From: Vitrella brassicaformis CCMP3155
Taxonomy: Eukaryota; Protista; Chromerida
Reading direction: 5' to 3'
NCBI GenBank assembly: GCA_001179505.1
Contig: CDMY01000259.1
Span: 62,001-126,000, forward strand
Length of the DNA stretch: 64,000 nt
The number at the start of each line of letters is the position of its first letter. Position 1 is the first letter of the stretch. Positions 46,601 through 58,101 of the stretch are shown piece by piece. Position numbers and translations under genes: made by a program. Under the pieces are notes generated by a model. The model saw nothing but the letters and a program-made list of their open reading frames with translations, made no database searches and was not told the DNA's origin.

Positions 46601-47807
46601 CACCGACCCACACACACGACCGACGTCTGCCCGTCAGCAGGGGAGCATGTCGGCACCACTGCGTTGGGGAACACCGACGAAAAGCCGGGACTCTGCGAGA
46701 CGTCGCTGCTGCCGTTGCCTCTGAGGCGCTTGTGGGGGAGGGAGGGGGCAGGGGCGTCGGCTGGTGCTAAGGTGGTGGTGGCCGTGTCGTCGTGATGTGT
46801 GTCTTGGGCGGCCTTGATGGGCAGCAGCTGGATGTTGAATGAGTCGCCCAGGTCGCACTCCGTCGGGGACGAGACCTCGCATATCGTCACGTCGATCTGA
46901 CGCCTGCAGTGATGATAGAGCGGCCATAGTGCACGGACTGCGTGTGTGATTGACTATCATGCGCTTACAGGAATGCAAAGGTGCGTCTGACCCACTCGAA
47001 GTAGTCCTTGAGCGGCGGAGGCCCCCATATGCGGATGGCGTCGGCACCGCTGCCCTCCAAAGTCAGCAGCAGACCTGTAGACACGTACCGATGATTGACG
47101 AGCAGTGGAGGGAGTGTCTGTGGCCACCTGGCAGTCCTCCGACGTTTTCTGCGTTGAGTGCAGTGAGGATGATGTCACGTGTGCGGGACACACGCATCCG
47201 ATGCTCAAGGCAGAACCTGCACCCATATATCACACTCACACAATTTCTCGTGGAGTGTGATATCTTCTCGTAGCTCAAGCGATGCCCTGACCTCTGCGTG
47301 TTTTCGCCCGCATTGATGAGAATGCTGCAGCCAGGCAGACAGACAAGCACAAGCACAAGCACAAGCACAAGCACAAGCACAAGCACAAGCCAGATTGTTT
47401 CGTTGCTTCAGTCAGTGTCTGGGTCTGCTCGTGTGTGACTGACTGACTGACTGAGTTTGACTGACCGTTCGCCCTCTTTGAAGAGCTGCAGGCCGGGAGG
47501 CACCGCCAGGGGGTGTGTGCCCAACACCTGCAGGTGCAACAATGCGTCACAGACGCTCGAGATGCAAAAGGGATGGAACGTGTTGAACGTGCCATGTCGT
47601 GTGCGGCACCTGGGCAAAGATGTGCATCGGTTTGACAGTGCACCGTCCCAGAGCCAGATCTTGGAGTAGCTTGGATAGCCGATGCCTCAACAGCTTGCCT
47701 CTCTCTGTTTTGACCCTTTTCAGATACGAGCTTGCGACAGAACGGCACTCGCCGCTCAGCGCTCGACGATGAAGCAATTGAGATGTGCAAATCATTCTTC
47801 GATTCAT
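43617..47807 (-). CDS. ELAC2: long-form tRNase Z (RNase ZL / ELAC2 / Trz1), multi-exon
   Basis: MHIFAQ/VLGTHP..ILINAGENTQR; exosite [79 protein letters not shown] (HxHxDH); VVYSGDTRPC..LLIHE/ATFEDGL..HST; LTHFSQRYPK; stop at 43617. Confidence 0.93.
47341..47390. repeat. intronic hexanucleotide microsatellite (GCACAA)n, one example of the pervasive intronic microsatellites
   Basis: Read directly. (GT)n, (GA)n, (GACA)n, (GGAT)n and (GGGA)n tracts occur in many introns across the window. Confidence 0.9.
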
Positions 47808-48086
47808 TCATTCATCAATAGGTCACGAGTAATAAAGTCACTTGCCACGCGGCCAAGGGGTTGACCAACATGAAGGTGTGTCGCATGGCATACCGCACCT
47901 TAGACACGATGGACGACGTCGGAATGCGATTTGTCGATGCGGCACGAGGAATCGGTCCCACAACAAACACACCTCCGTCGTCCATGGCCTCTGCCGGGCT
48001 GGTCCATGACGCTTTATCCATGTCACTTTATCCATAGGGGCATGAGACAATGCGCCCCACCCACCCTCGCCCCATCTTCTCATCAG

Positions 48087-50898
48087 TCATGATGCAAACA
48101 TGTCCACATCGTCCTCCGCCCCGCCGGCCCCACCAGCACCCCTCAGCAACGTGTCCATCGCTGACACAACCAGAGGGATGCGGTGTGTGTGAGTGCGTGT
48201 GTTCCCTCCCTCTCTTTGTTCAGGCCGGATGACCCACCTTGTTTCCTCATGTCTTGGTCGAGAGTGCCGTCGGGGAGGACGTCTTGCCTCTGGTAGACCT
48301 GCACGTACGACTCGCTGAGGGCCACCAGCTGCGGCAGCACCGCCGTCACGCGCAGATCCTCCATCTCATACCACTGATTCGACGGCTGATCAAACATACC
48401 AGCGACACACACGACCGCACAATGCCGAAATGCTCGGGTGTGGTGGTCTGATCCCTCCCGCTTTCCCTCCCTCACTAACCGCATGGAGAACGTGTGCGCG
48501 GTATTTGCCGTCGTGCGGTTTGCCCTCGTGGCACACGTTGGCGATCAGGTCGTACCGGGTCACCGGGTTCTCCTCCTGCGCCTCGGGGTGCACGTCTACC
48601 ACACACACACACACACAGAGAGACAGAGAGAGAGAGAGATGCACCCGACCCCACCACCATGTGTGTCTCCACACGTACATTCTCTGAGGTCGAGGTTCTT
48701 GACGGGGAACGTGACGATGGTGGGGTTCTTCTCGAGGAAGAAATTGTTCTTGGAGAAGCGCTTGATGTGGAAGACCAGGTAGGGCGGCAGGCGCCAGAGA
48801 GAGTACCGCTTCACCTGCCCGCGCATCGTCTCGTGCCGCGTCTCGCCGTCGAACTTCTGCAGCAGGTCGAAGATCGGAACCTGATAACAGAACAGAGAAA
48901 GATAGAGCACCAAGAAAACGAGACACATGCTGTGTGTGGCATGTGGGTGGTGTGGATGGGTGAGTGCGGGGGCGTACGGTTGGGATCATGTTGCGGTCGA
49001 GGGAGTCCTTGAAGATGGGCGAGGGGGGCACCTCCAGGGTCAAGTAACTGAGGCAAGGAGGGAGGGAGGGACGGAGGGGACGGATGTGTCCGTGGCGGTC
49101 GAGCCATCGGTGAGTGGTGTTTGTAGTGTGTGCATGGTTACAGGAACGGGGTCTTGGACTCCTCTGGAGGCTTCACCGACTCATCGGCTGCACACACACA
49201 CACACAAAGTGCACGTTCCCCTCCCTGCCTCCCTGTACACCCTCTTCCTCACCGTTGACATCTGACGTCTTGACGAACACATCCCCCTGGAAACACTGAT
49301 GCACCACCGAACCTGCACGCCAAACAAACCAGTGCTCAATCGGCCCGCCAGCCGTGTGTGTGTGTGTGCGTACTTCCGGTTTGTTTGTCTTTGAGTTTGG
49401 CGTGTAGCCTGTTCATGAGCCACACAAAGAAGGTCAGGGGGTCCTCCTGCTGCCCGATGCGGAACTTCTTCTCACTCGCCACACCCACTGCCTGCATACA
49501 CACACCATGCCACACCATACCACACCACACCAGACGGACACACGTGCATCTGTGTGTCGCTCTGCCCGTCGCTCCCTCCCTCCCTCCCTCTCCCTCTCTC
49601 TGCGTGTCTGTCTCACCTGCATGAACTCGTGTGGCGACACGATGCCCTTGAAGTTGCGCGGGTTGAAGATCTTGCGCAGCAGCTCGCTGCAATTCAGCAA
49701 CACCGGGTCGGGCCTCTGCACAAACAAACCAGTAAGACCGTAGACTGCAGCGGGAGGCGCTCGCTTGTGTGTGACTCACTTATTGCACACCTGTTTGTGC
49801 GAGAGGTCCAGCAGCAGCAGTGCGTTTCGCAGGGGGATCACTTGACACAGAAACTGCACAACGACATTGCAGTAGTCCGTCCGCTTCAGGTCGTTCAAAC
49901 CGATGCAGCCTGACACAACACAACACACCCAGTGTGTGTATGAGCGAGCCAGCCTTTCGTGTGGAAGGCTCTCCCGCCCATGCCGTCCCACCAGGGATGA
50001 AGTCGGTGCCGTCGAGTGCCTTGCCGTAGACGAACCGCTTGCTGCTGAGGTCCTTGACCTCATCGGGCGTGTACGTTGGCTTCAAGTTGTACTGAACACA
50101 CACACAGCCACAGATAGGCAGGCAGCAGGTGGGAAGGGTGCGCCTGTCGTAGCTGTGTGTGTGGGTAGTGCGGCAACCTTGATGTCGTTGAGGGAGGCGT
50201 CCTCGACCAGGTAGTTCTCGGGCAGACAATACACCTGCAGCAATGCACCGCACCCATCAATGCAGCGGTGTGTGCGTGTGTGGCCAGGCAGGGCAGCCCA
50301 CTCCAGCCCACGTTGCAGTCGCTGAGGTTGATGTACACGTAGTGCCCCTCCTCCAACGCATGGGTGTACGAATGGGTGTTCTTGCCACGACCTGATTGAC
50401 ACACCCATCCATCCATCCATTCACCCACCCAGGCACACACACCTTATCGTCTATCTCTCCCTCCCTCCCTCCCCCCTGTCTGCCCGGCTCACCCTGGAAG
50501 TATTTGCCGCACACGAGGCAGCAGTAGACGTGAAGGTTGGACAGGGTGATAGAGCATAGCTTCTCGAAGTCAAAGTCCAGCAGGTGCCGATTCACCGTCC
50601 CGAGGTAGGGGCACGTCCGCCGCTGAGGGCGGACTCTCGGCGCCCTCTTCCCGCCCCCTCTCTGCTCCTTCTTGACGATATCCTTCTTGTCCTCCTCCGC
50701 CTCCACCTTGACTGACGCAGTCGACTGCGCATTGTTGGAGCCCGTCACGGTGACGTCGGCCTCGTCATCGGTCTCGCGCTTGATGGGGGGAGAATAATCG
50801 TGCGACCTTTGGGGTGCACGCACCTTGATGCGCTTCGCCGGCGGCGCGTCGGATGCACCAGCCGCCGCTGCTGCTGATGCGCTGGCGCTCTCGGACAT
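48087..50898 (-). CDS. USP39: U4/U6.U5 tri-snRNP-associated protein 2 (USP39/Sad1), catalytically inactive USP with ZnF-UBP
   Basis: RTCPYLGTVNRHLLDFDFEKLCSITLSNLHVYCCLVCGKYFQG/RGKNTHSYTH; YCLPENY; GLNDLKRTDYCNVVVQFL (Asp at the catalytic-Cys position, as in USP39); FNPRNFKGIVSPHEFMQ; KRFSKNNFFLEKNPTIVTFP; YDLIANVCHEG; WYEMEDLRVTAVLPQLVALSESYVQVY. Confidence 0.96.
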
Positions 50899-50994
50899 GC
50901 TGGCTTGATGTTTCTTCCGCTGCGTGCCGTGGCATCCAGCTCGCCGAAAAGCTCGCAAATAGATCTGCCCATTGATGGCTCAAGGGAGGCTCAG
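50899..50994. promoter_or_regulatory. 96-nt spacer between divergent start codons (USP39 / RbfA-like); candidate bidirectional promoter
   Basis: Contains GCTCGCAA (50951) and AGATCT (50961). Confidence 0.55.
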
Positions 50995-53215
50995 ATGGAG
51001 GCCATGAGGCGTGCTGCAGCTCCAAGATCCGCTTCCATCATCCCCTGCGTCGTCTCGCGTTCCTTCAGCAGTCAGGGCGGTCCGCCCCGCTACCGGCTGA
51101 ATGTGTTCAAAAAGCTGGACCAGGAGTACCTCGCATGGAGCCTCAAGAAGATGTCAGACACTGTCGAGCAGGCTGAGCGCGTCAATGACTCCATCAAGGG
51201 ATTGGCGGACAAGGCGCATCGATGGGAGATGCCGCAGCAACAGCAGCAAGATCCGGCCGAAAGCGACCCCGACAGCCGCGTCCAGAAGGGGCCCAAGTAC
51301 CGCGACCAGTTGAGGGACAATGTCGGGGCTGCCGGGGAGACCTTCGTGCCGCCGCTCTATGTGCCGCACCGGACAAGGGGTCACGAGTACCGGCAGTTTG
51401 CAAAGAACATCTACACCGACACCCCTCCGCCCGCACAGCGAGAGTGGCTCAAGGCAGAGAGCGGCGAGGGAGATGGAGAGGGGTATGAGGGCAGCTCGTC
51501 TCGGCGGGAGGAGTTCTCTGATCTGAACTTCGCTGGCGAGGAGGAGGAGGATGTGTTTGCGCGTTATGAGAGTCTGAAGGATGAGCCGCTGTACCAGGAC
51601 CTGACGCACGAGGAGGCGCGCAAGATGCAGGAGCTGCAGATGCGCCGCAAGCTGCTGGACCGCCGGATGAGGTGGCTCAAGATGAATATGCTCCCAAACC
51701 CACAAAAAGACGGTAGGTATGACGGAGGGAGGGAGGGAAGATGCGTTCGTGCAGGGAGCGGCTCTGTGTTGTCCCCACTTGTACATTCTTCCAGCCAAGA
51801 TGTATCTGCGTCAAGTGGACAGCGAGGCTGCTACGAATGATGACGATGAGGAGGAGCGGCTGTACCCGCCGCCATTCATGGACGAGCGACCAGACTCACC
51901 ACGCATCACGCGCATGGTGGTAAGCTGCGGTGGCCACGCGCACCGCACCAGCCACCGTCCCCGCCTCGCGACGCGTGGCCGATGGATGTCTGTCTCGTGT
52001 GGGTGGGTGTTGGTCAGAACGAGACTCGTCATTTGGAGGTGGAGAGTCGTCTTCGTGCCCGCATCCGTGAGGAGAAGTGGGAGGTGGCCCGCATCCTCAA
52101 AGAGCCCGCACCCACAGTCGGGGGCGTGGTGCTCGACCACCAAGAGTACCACGTACAACGACGCACGGTGAGCGAGGCAGACTTACTGGAGGGAAGAAAC
52201 AGGCACTTACCTGGTTGGGATGATTGATTTGCTCTCTGTGTGTGCGGTGCGGGTGTGTCCATCCATCCATGTGCTGTGTAGGTTCGTATTGGTCGCCTGA
52301 TTCAGTCTGCTCTCGAGCAAGTCATCACATGTACGTACGCGAGACGGGGGGTGGCCAATATGTTTCCAAGTCACCGCTCTCTGTCTGTGTGTGTGATGGT
52401 GGGTTGGCAGGCACGACCCCCCAAATACTGCATGAGATGCTCGGAGGTGGGCCGGCAGACGCACTCACACACTCACACATACATACATCCGCGCAGACAC
52501 ATATGGACATTCGGTGTGTGTGTTGTATGCGCGTGTGTGTGGTGTGTGTCAGGCGCGTCCATCACCGTCAACCACATCGAGCAGAGGACCTATCGGTCAA
52601 GATGCTACGTACGTCATCACAGCCACCACACAGACAGACATCCATGCACTCACTTGCTGTCTGCCTGCCGGTCTGTCTGTGTGGTCAGGTGTACTACTCG
52701 TTGGTGTCTGACCATGACCCTGAGGAGGTGCAGCAGAAGCTGGACACTGCCGCTCCCAAAATACGGTGCATGAATACATGATACACAATACACCGATCCC
52801 TCCACCCAGACAGACACGAAAGCATTGTGACATTCTGCAGGTATGAGCTGGCGCGAAGGCTCGAGCTGGGTAAGCCAGGCACACAAAAGGGAATAGAGGG
52901 CGTGTCTCGAACGGTCCGTCGTGGGTCTGTCTGTCTGTCTGTCTGTTTGTCCGTGCTGTCTGTGTTGGCGCAGTGCGCACTCCTGAGATTGCCTTTCGAC
53001 GGAACGACGACGGCTCGCAGTTCGACAAACACCGCCTGATGAGCCTACACATGTACGTACGCCATGGCCAACGGCTCTCCTCTGTCGGCATCATCGATTC
53101 TTGTGCTAATGGCTGTCTGTGTCTGTGGGTGTCTGTCAGGTCGAGTGATGAGCGTCGCGCGAGGGCCCGCCGAGTGCAGTCGACATTTGCGAGCGTCATG
53201 AACCACGTCAAGTAG
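50995..53215 (+). CDS. RBFA: probable mitochondrial ribosome-binding factor A (RbfA-domain) protein with long N-terminal extension
   Basis: The N-terminus MEAMRRAAAPRSASIIPCVVSRSFSSQ resembles a mitochondrial presequence. The spliced C-terminus VRIGRLIQSALEQVIT/CTTPQILHEMLG/GASITVNHIEQRTYRSRCY/VYYSLVSDHDPEEVQQKLDTAAPKIR/YELARRLEL/VRTPEIAFRRND fits the RbfA pattern (R...I...L..I; ITV..V; VY.S; L..A...IR.ELA.R..LR.TPEL.F). Confidence 0.65.
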
Positions 53216-53445
53216 CGTACGTAGCCTACCTTCGTCCCACTGATTTGGTGTACCTGTCGGTCGTTACACGCGTGTATGCGTGTTGACGATGCTGTGCAAA
53301 TGGGTGCGTGTATGTGACTCTCAGCCGGTTAACAATGGTCTTCACTGACGCAGCTAAGCATCAGCTGTCACGCCATACATCACCACGGTCTTTGTTTCCT
53401 ACACACACGCAGTCGTAGAGGCCCACTTCCGGGCCGGTGTCTCAA

Positions 53446-53929
53446 CCACTCTCTGCATGCTCCGGCCGGCATCGATCAGGCGGTGTGAGAGGGTCCCCGA
53501 TGAGCCAGACTGGCGATTGAATTATGCAAGTCGAGGTTCAGATCGTGATGAGACAGGAGTCCTTACGAGACACAGATACATATCTGCATGTCCCCCCTTG
53601 GGCTAATATGACCTAGGATTACGGGACCTACCTACTGTATATAGTACGATTCTCTGCTATATGCAACAGGGACCTGTTTTGAGTCTGCCGGACAATTCAC
53701 ATCTATGTGTGTATGTCTCTTTTTTGTACCCACCGATGTGAGGGCGTTTTTTGACATCCATGGCCAATTGCATGAATCGTGCACGAAGGAAGGAAGGAAG
53801 AGACACGGATATGTGGGGAACTTTGGAACTTTTTGATGCCGCTGTCGCGAGGCAGAAGATCGATCATCGCTAATAAAGGTGGCTGAAAGGCACACGAGTG
53901 AGTGTCCGTCTGCATGACGAGAGGGACAC
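53446..53929 (-). repeat. dispersed non-coding repeat, copy 2 (inverted relative to 39049-39424, segments A and B in permuted order)
   Basis: The reverse complement of 53683-53929 aligns to 39189-39424. The reverse complement of ~53454-53575 aligns to ~39085-39179. Confidence 0.85.
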
Positions 53930-54617
53930 AGATGACGAAACAAAGTAGGCAACGATTCAGTTTGAGAGAGAATCTCGCGCAGGCTCTTTCTGCATACCCC
54001 TTCGGGGGGCCGGGGTGGCAAGGTCCCCGTGAGGTGAATGAACGAACAGTCAGCGTCAGCAGACACAGACCCCCATCGCCACACACTGACTGAGCTGGAA
54101 TAAGCGCCGTACGCTAGCAATGACGCACTAGAGGAATGACCAAAAGTAACGAGCTTGCGGCGAGATTTGCGGGAATTCTCGCCGTCTCGAGACGGTTTTC
54201 TCGAGAAAAAGACAGAGCAAACAGTTTCCGAGCCGGCTGTCCTTATCTCTCACTGTTCGCCTCACATCTCCTTCGTTTCTCCTCATTTTTCGGCGGGAAT
54301 CGTCGGGCACCACCCGCCCGAGGCCCACGCAGCCCCCTCCGCTCGCCGTTTTCGAAGAGGACGAGTCCACCTGACCCGCCCTGACCCGCCCGCCCGTCAG
54401 ACGCTGACATCATCCTGAGCCTCCCTCCTCCCTTGGTGAGTGGTCGTTGGCTTGTGTGGTCCGCCCCGTCCCCTCCCGCCCATCCCGACGTGTCCGAAGT
54501 CCGTCTGTCACTTCCTTCCTTTACGCCGTGCCGCGAGGGAGGTCAGCCGGTGGCGAGGCAGGACATCAATCACATTTTCAAGACACGCCGCGATTACTTG
54601 TAAATTCTCTTCTGAAA

Positions 54618-57600
54618 ATGGGGGCCGCATGCAGACGGGACGCCCAGCAGCTCGCAAGAACTCGGCCTGCAGCCTCGTCGGCAGCCCAGTTTGCAGCAGA
54701 AGAAGGAGAGAAGCACCGCCGAGCACTGTCTCGCACCGACCACCAAGAAGACAGCCGCCGAGCTGTCAAGCGTGAGGCCATGGCCGGCCCTCCCGACGCC
54801 GCCTGGGCGATGGTGACTGGCGACGCGTGGGCCCAATCGCACTTCAACTTCAAGGAGTTGAAGGGAGCCGGTGGGCAGAGACAAGCCGCCACCATTGCAG
54901 TGATGCAGTATGTCTCCGTCTCGCTGTCTTCAGGGGCGAGTGGGGTTGTCGTTTCGTGTGAGCAGAGGCCTAGCAGCAACCTGCCGGACGTGCCGGCAAA
55001 CGGCCCTCTGGCTCTCAAGATGGTGAGCCTATACGGCCAGAGAGCCACTGGCAGAGGGCTAGAGGGTGTCACTGTTTTGGTTGATTGACATACTCATGTG
55101 TGTGATGCATTCATTGCAGCCCAAGCTGCCGCCCAACCCAACACCGGACGATATCGATGACGTGGAATATAGCACCCAGGAAGAGGTAATGGATTCATTA
55201 TCGCTCACCCCCGCCCGCCCGGCAACGCATTGTCGTTTGTGGTGCGTTGACTGCAGGTCAAGATGGGCAAAGAGGTGGCCGGCAACGACAACATATGCAC
55301 GACCTACGCCATGTTCACCACCTTGACCGGCCCCCAACACCAAAAGCGATTCTGGATCGTCCAGAAGGGGTGTGAGACGACTCTGGGGGTGTGGATCGAC
55401 GCGGAGAGGGCAAAAGACATCGCAGCGGGCATGTACGGTACGTTACCTTCTCAGTCAAGCAATCAATCAGACACTCAATCACACAAAGGTATGCCTGTCT
55501 CTGTCTGTGTGTGTCTGTGTGTGTGTGTGCGTGTGTGTGCGTGTGTGTGCGTGTGTGTGTGTCCATTGGATGCGACCAGGGATTGGCGTTGACAAGGTGT
55601 TGTTGAAGTTCTATCCGTTGCTCAAGGGGGTTGCTCACATGCACTTTAAGAAAGGTGCGAAGAGCCGGACATTCAACAGATACACAGGCGTGCAGACACC
55701 GAGTACGGCGTTTGTTTCCTGCCTGCAGTAGCCCACCTCGACCTCAAAGCCGAGAACGTATTCCTCACCAACACCGAGACGGTCAAGATAGGAGACTTTG
55801 GTACGGAGGCATAGACTCTTTCCCTTGTGTGCCTGTCTGTGGATGTTTATCGGTCTGGCTGTCTGTCTGGCTGTCTGTCTGGCTGTCTGTCTGTCTGGCT
55901 GTCCAGGATTGTCGGAGAAGTTTGACGCCTCCATCAGCCACCACACTCCGCAGATGGTCGGCGGCACAAGCCAGCCCGCAAAAAAAAGAGACATCCATCT
56001 ATTGGTTGGTGCATTGATGGCTTGGTGGTGCAGTGTACGCTGCCTTACCGGGCCCCAGAGATGCTGGGAGGCAAGACCGACTACACACTCGAAGTGGACA
56101 TGTGGTACACATTTGTGGACTGACACACATCATGGATCTGTCTGTCCATCTGACGCCTGTGTCTGTGTGTGTTTGTGTGGTGTCTGCAGGTCGCTGGGGG
56201 TAATGTTGTATGCCGCCCTCAAGGGCGTGGCTCCCTTCAAATTCACCCTGGACGACGATTATGGCCGGGTACGCCGAGCCCACATCATGAGATTGCGTAT
56301 TGTGTCTGTGTGTGTGATGTCTTTGACTCATTGTGCAGTTTGATTTGCTCAATGAGATCCTAAGGCACCGACGGGCGCCGCCGGCTTATCTGTAAATACT
56401 CGAGAGCCTGCCTCTCGTGCAAACCCTCGTCGCGCAGGGCGAGGTAATACACACATACTCGGAAAGCGTGTGCGTGTGTGTGGGGTGGTTCTGATTGTTT
56501 GTGCCCTCCCTCCCTCCCTCCTTACTTTGATCATCAGGCGCTCAACACGCTCCGAGCTCGTCATATGACCGAAGACGAAGAGCTGGAGGAGCTGCACAAC
56601 ATGCTCGGGCGGCCCGACATTCCGAAGACCCACCCTGTCGTGGCTCTACTGAATAGGTACGTGAAGACGGAGACATAATAAGGCAGTCAATCCAAGTGTG
56701 TGTACGTCTCCCCCTCTTTGGTGCTTAGAGGCGTGGATGCTCACCTGGCTTGCGTCTGTGCGCCCGTGTGTGTGTGTGTATCGTGCAGGCTGCTGCAGGT
56801 CAACCCAGCCGAGCGACTCAAGGCAGATCAGGCCTTGTTGGACGACGCCTTCATCGCGGCCCGTGCGCACGAGGCGGGTTAGTCAATCAGCTTATGGGCA
56901 ACACTGAGCCACTCCCCACCGTAAGTGTAAGTGTGTCTCTGTCTTTCTGTGGCTGCTGGTGCTTTCCACAGCTCAAGCTGCTGCTGCCGCCGCTGCTGCC
57001 GCCCTCGCACTACAGTTGCCAGTGCAGCAGCCCCCTGCAGCCGCACCACAGCACCAGCCGCCTGCGGTCAAGAAGAGGCGCGTCATTCCGAAGAGCTTTG
57101 CCAAGAAGGCCGCGCACAAGAAGGCAGGGAGGGTGGTCAAGAAGGACATAGTCAAGAAGCCGAAGCCACCAGCCAAGGCCAAGTCAAAGTCCTGCCAGGC
57201 CAGCAAGAACAAGGCCAACAAACGTATCGCACAGAAGCCGGGTGAGTGGAGGGGAAGGTGGTGCCACAAGTGCAAAGCTGGCAATGGATCATTCTGCTGC
57301 TGTGATGTGTGTCTGTCGTCTTCCCACATTCAGTCAGCAGGCGTGTTCGCGAGGCGCCGTCTGCCCCGCAAGTACGCAACATACCGCAATTCACACCTCA
57401 CCGTGAGTTCATGTCTCTCCCTCTCTCTCTCTATCTCTGTCTCTGTTTAGGGCGCTGCTGTTTGCGACACCAAGGCCAAGGCCAAGGTGCAGGCCATGAG
57501 GGCCAAGGTGCAGGCCAAGAGCGGTGTGGCGAAGAAGCGCATCGCTAACAAACCTACTGGTACACGCCGACGACACTGAGTGACGGGTGCGCTCATATGC

Positions 57601-58101
57601 CTTTCGATCCTTCTGTGTGTGCCGTGTCTGTAGGGGTGGGTGGCAAACCCAAGGCCAAGGCCAAGACTCGTAGATCCAATCGCAAAGGTGAGTGACCAAA
57701 TACACACACACACCTCACCTGAATCCATTCACCGTGCCTCCCGTGTGCCCTCCTCAGCGAAGAGCGGCAAGGACGTCAAGAAACCCATCCACAAGAAGCC
57801 GCCCGCCCCGCCAAAGGGCCGCAAGGCCGCCAGGAAAGCCAACAGTGCCGCAGCGGCAGGCACTTCCACGCCACGCGACGCCACGAAGAAGCCACCCAAG
57901 AAGCATCAGCCCAAGAAGCCCACCAAGCCGGCCGCACCCGCACCCGCCGCCGCACCGCCCCAGCAGCAACAGAATCGTAAGAAGCGCAAGGCGGGAGGCC
58001 AGCAGCCGGAGGGGGACAATCGAGGCGGCAAGGTGGCGAGGCAGGGCGTGATGACGCGGGCCATGTGCCGGAGCCAGGCCGCCTCGTCCACCCAGCACTG
58101 A
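54618..58101 (+). CDS. non-RD Ser/Thr kinase (HLD catalytic loop, NEK-like features) with long Lys/Ala/Pro-rich histone-H1-like C-terminal tail
   Basis: Spliced FKELKGAG/ASGVV..LALKM; KGVAHMHFKK/..VAHLDLKAENVFLTNTETVKIGDFG; TLPYRAPEMLGG..VDMW/SLGVMLY; LLQVNPAERLKADQAL. The tail exons read KKAAHKKAGRVVKKDIVKKPKPPAKAK.., TKAKAKVQAMRAK.., KKPPAPPKGRKAARK..KKPTKPAAPAP..VMTRAMCRSQ*. The start codon is uncertain. Confidence 0.85.
56610..57520 (+). repeat. source/partner segment of the duplication at 20467-21410
   Basis: Exon and intron sequence are near-identical to 20467-~20930, with weaker similarity beyond. Confidence 0.85.

Noticed and set aside
39049-53929. A single giant TIR transposon carrying the 39.4-53.4 kb genes
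   Set aside because: The repeats are permuted rather than true terminal inverted repeats, no TSD or transposase is visible, and the cargo consists of conserved single-copy-type genes.
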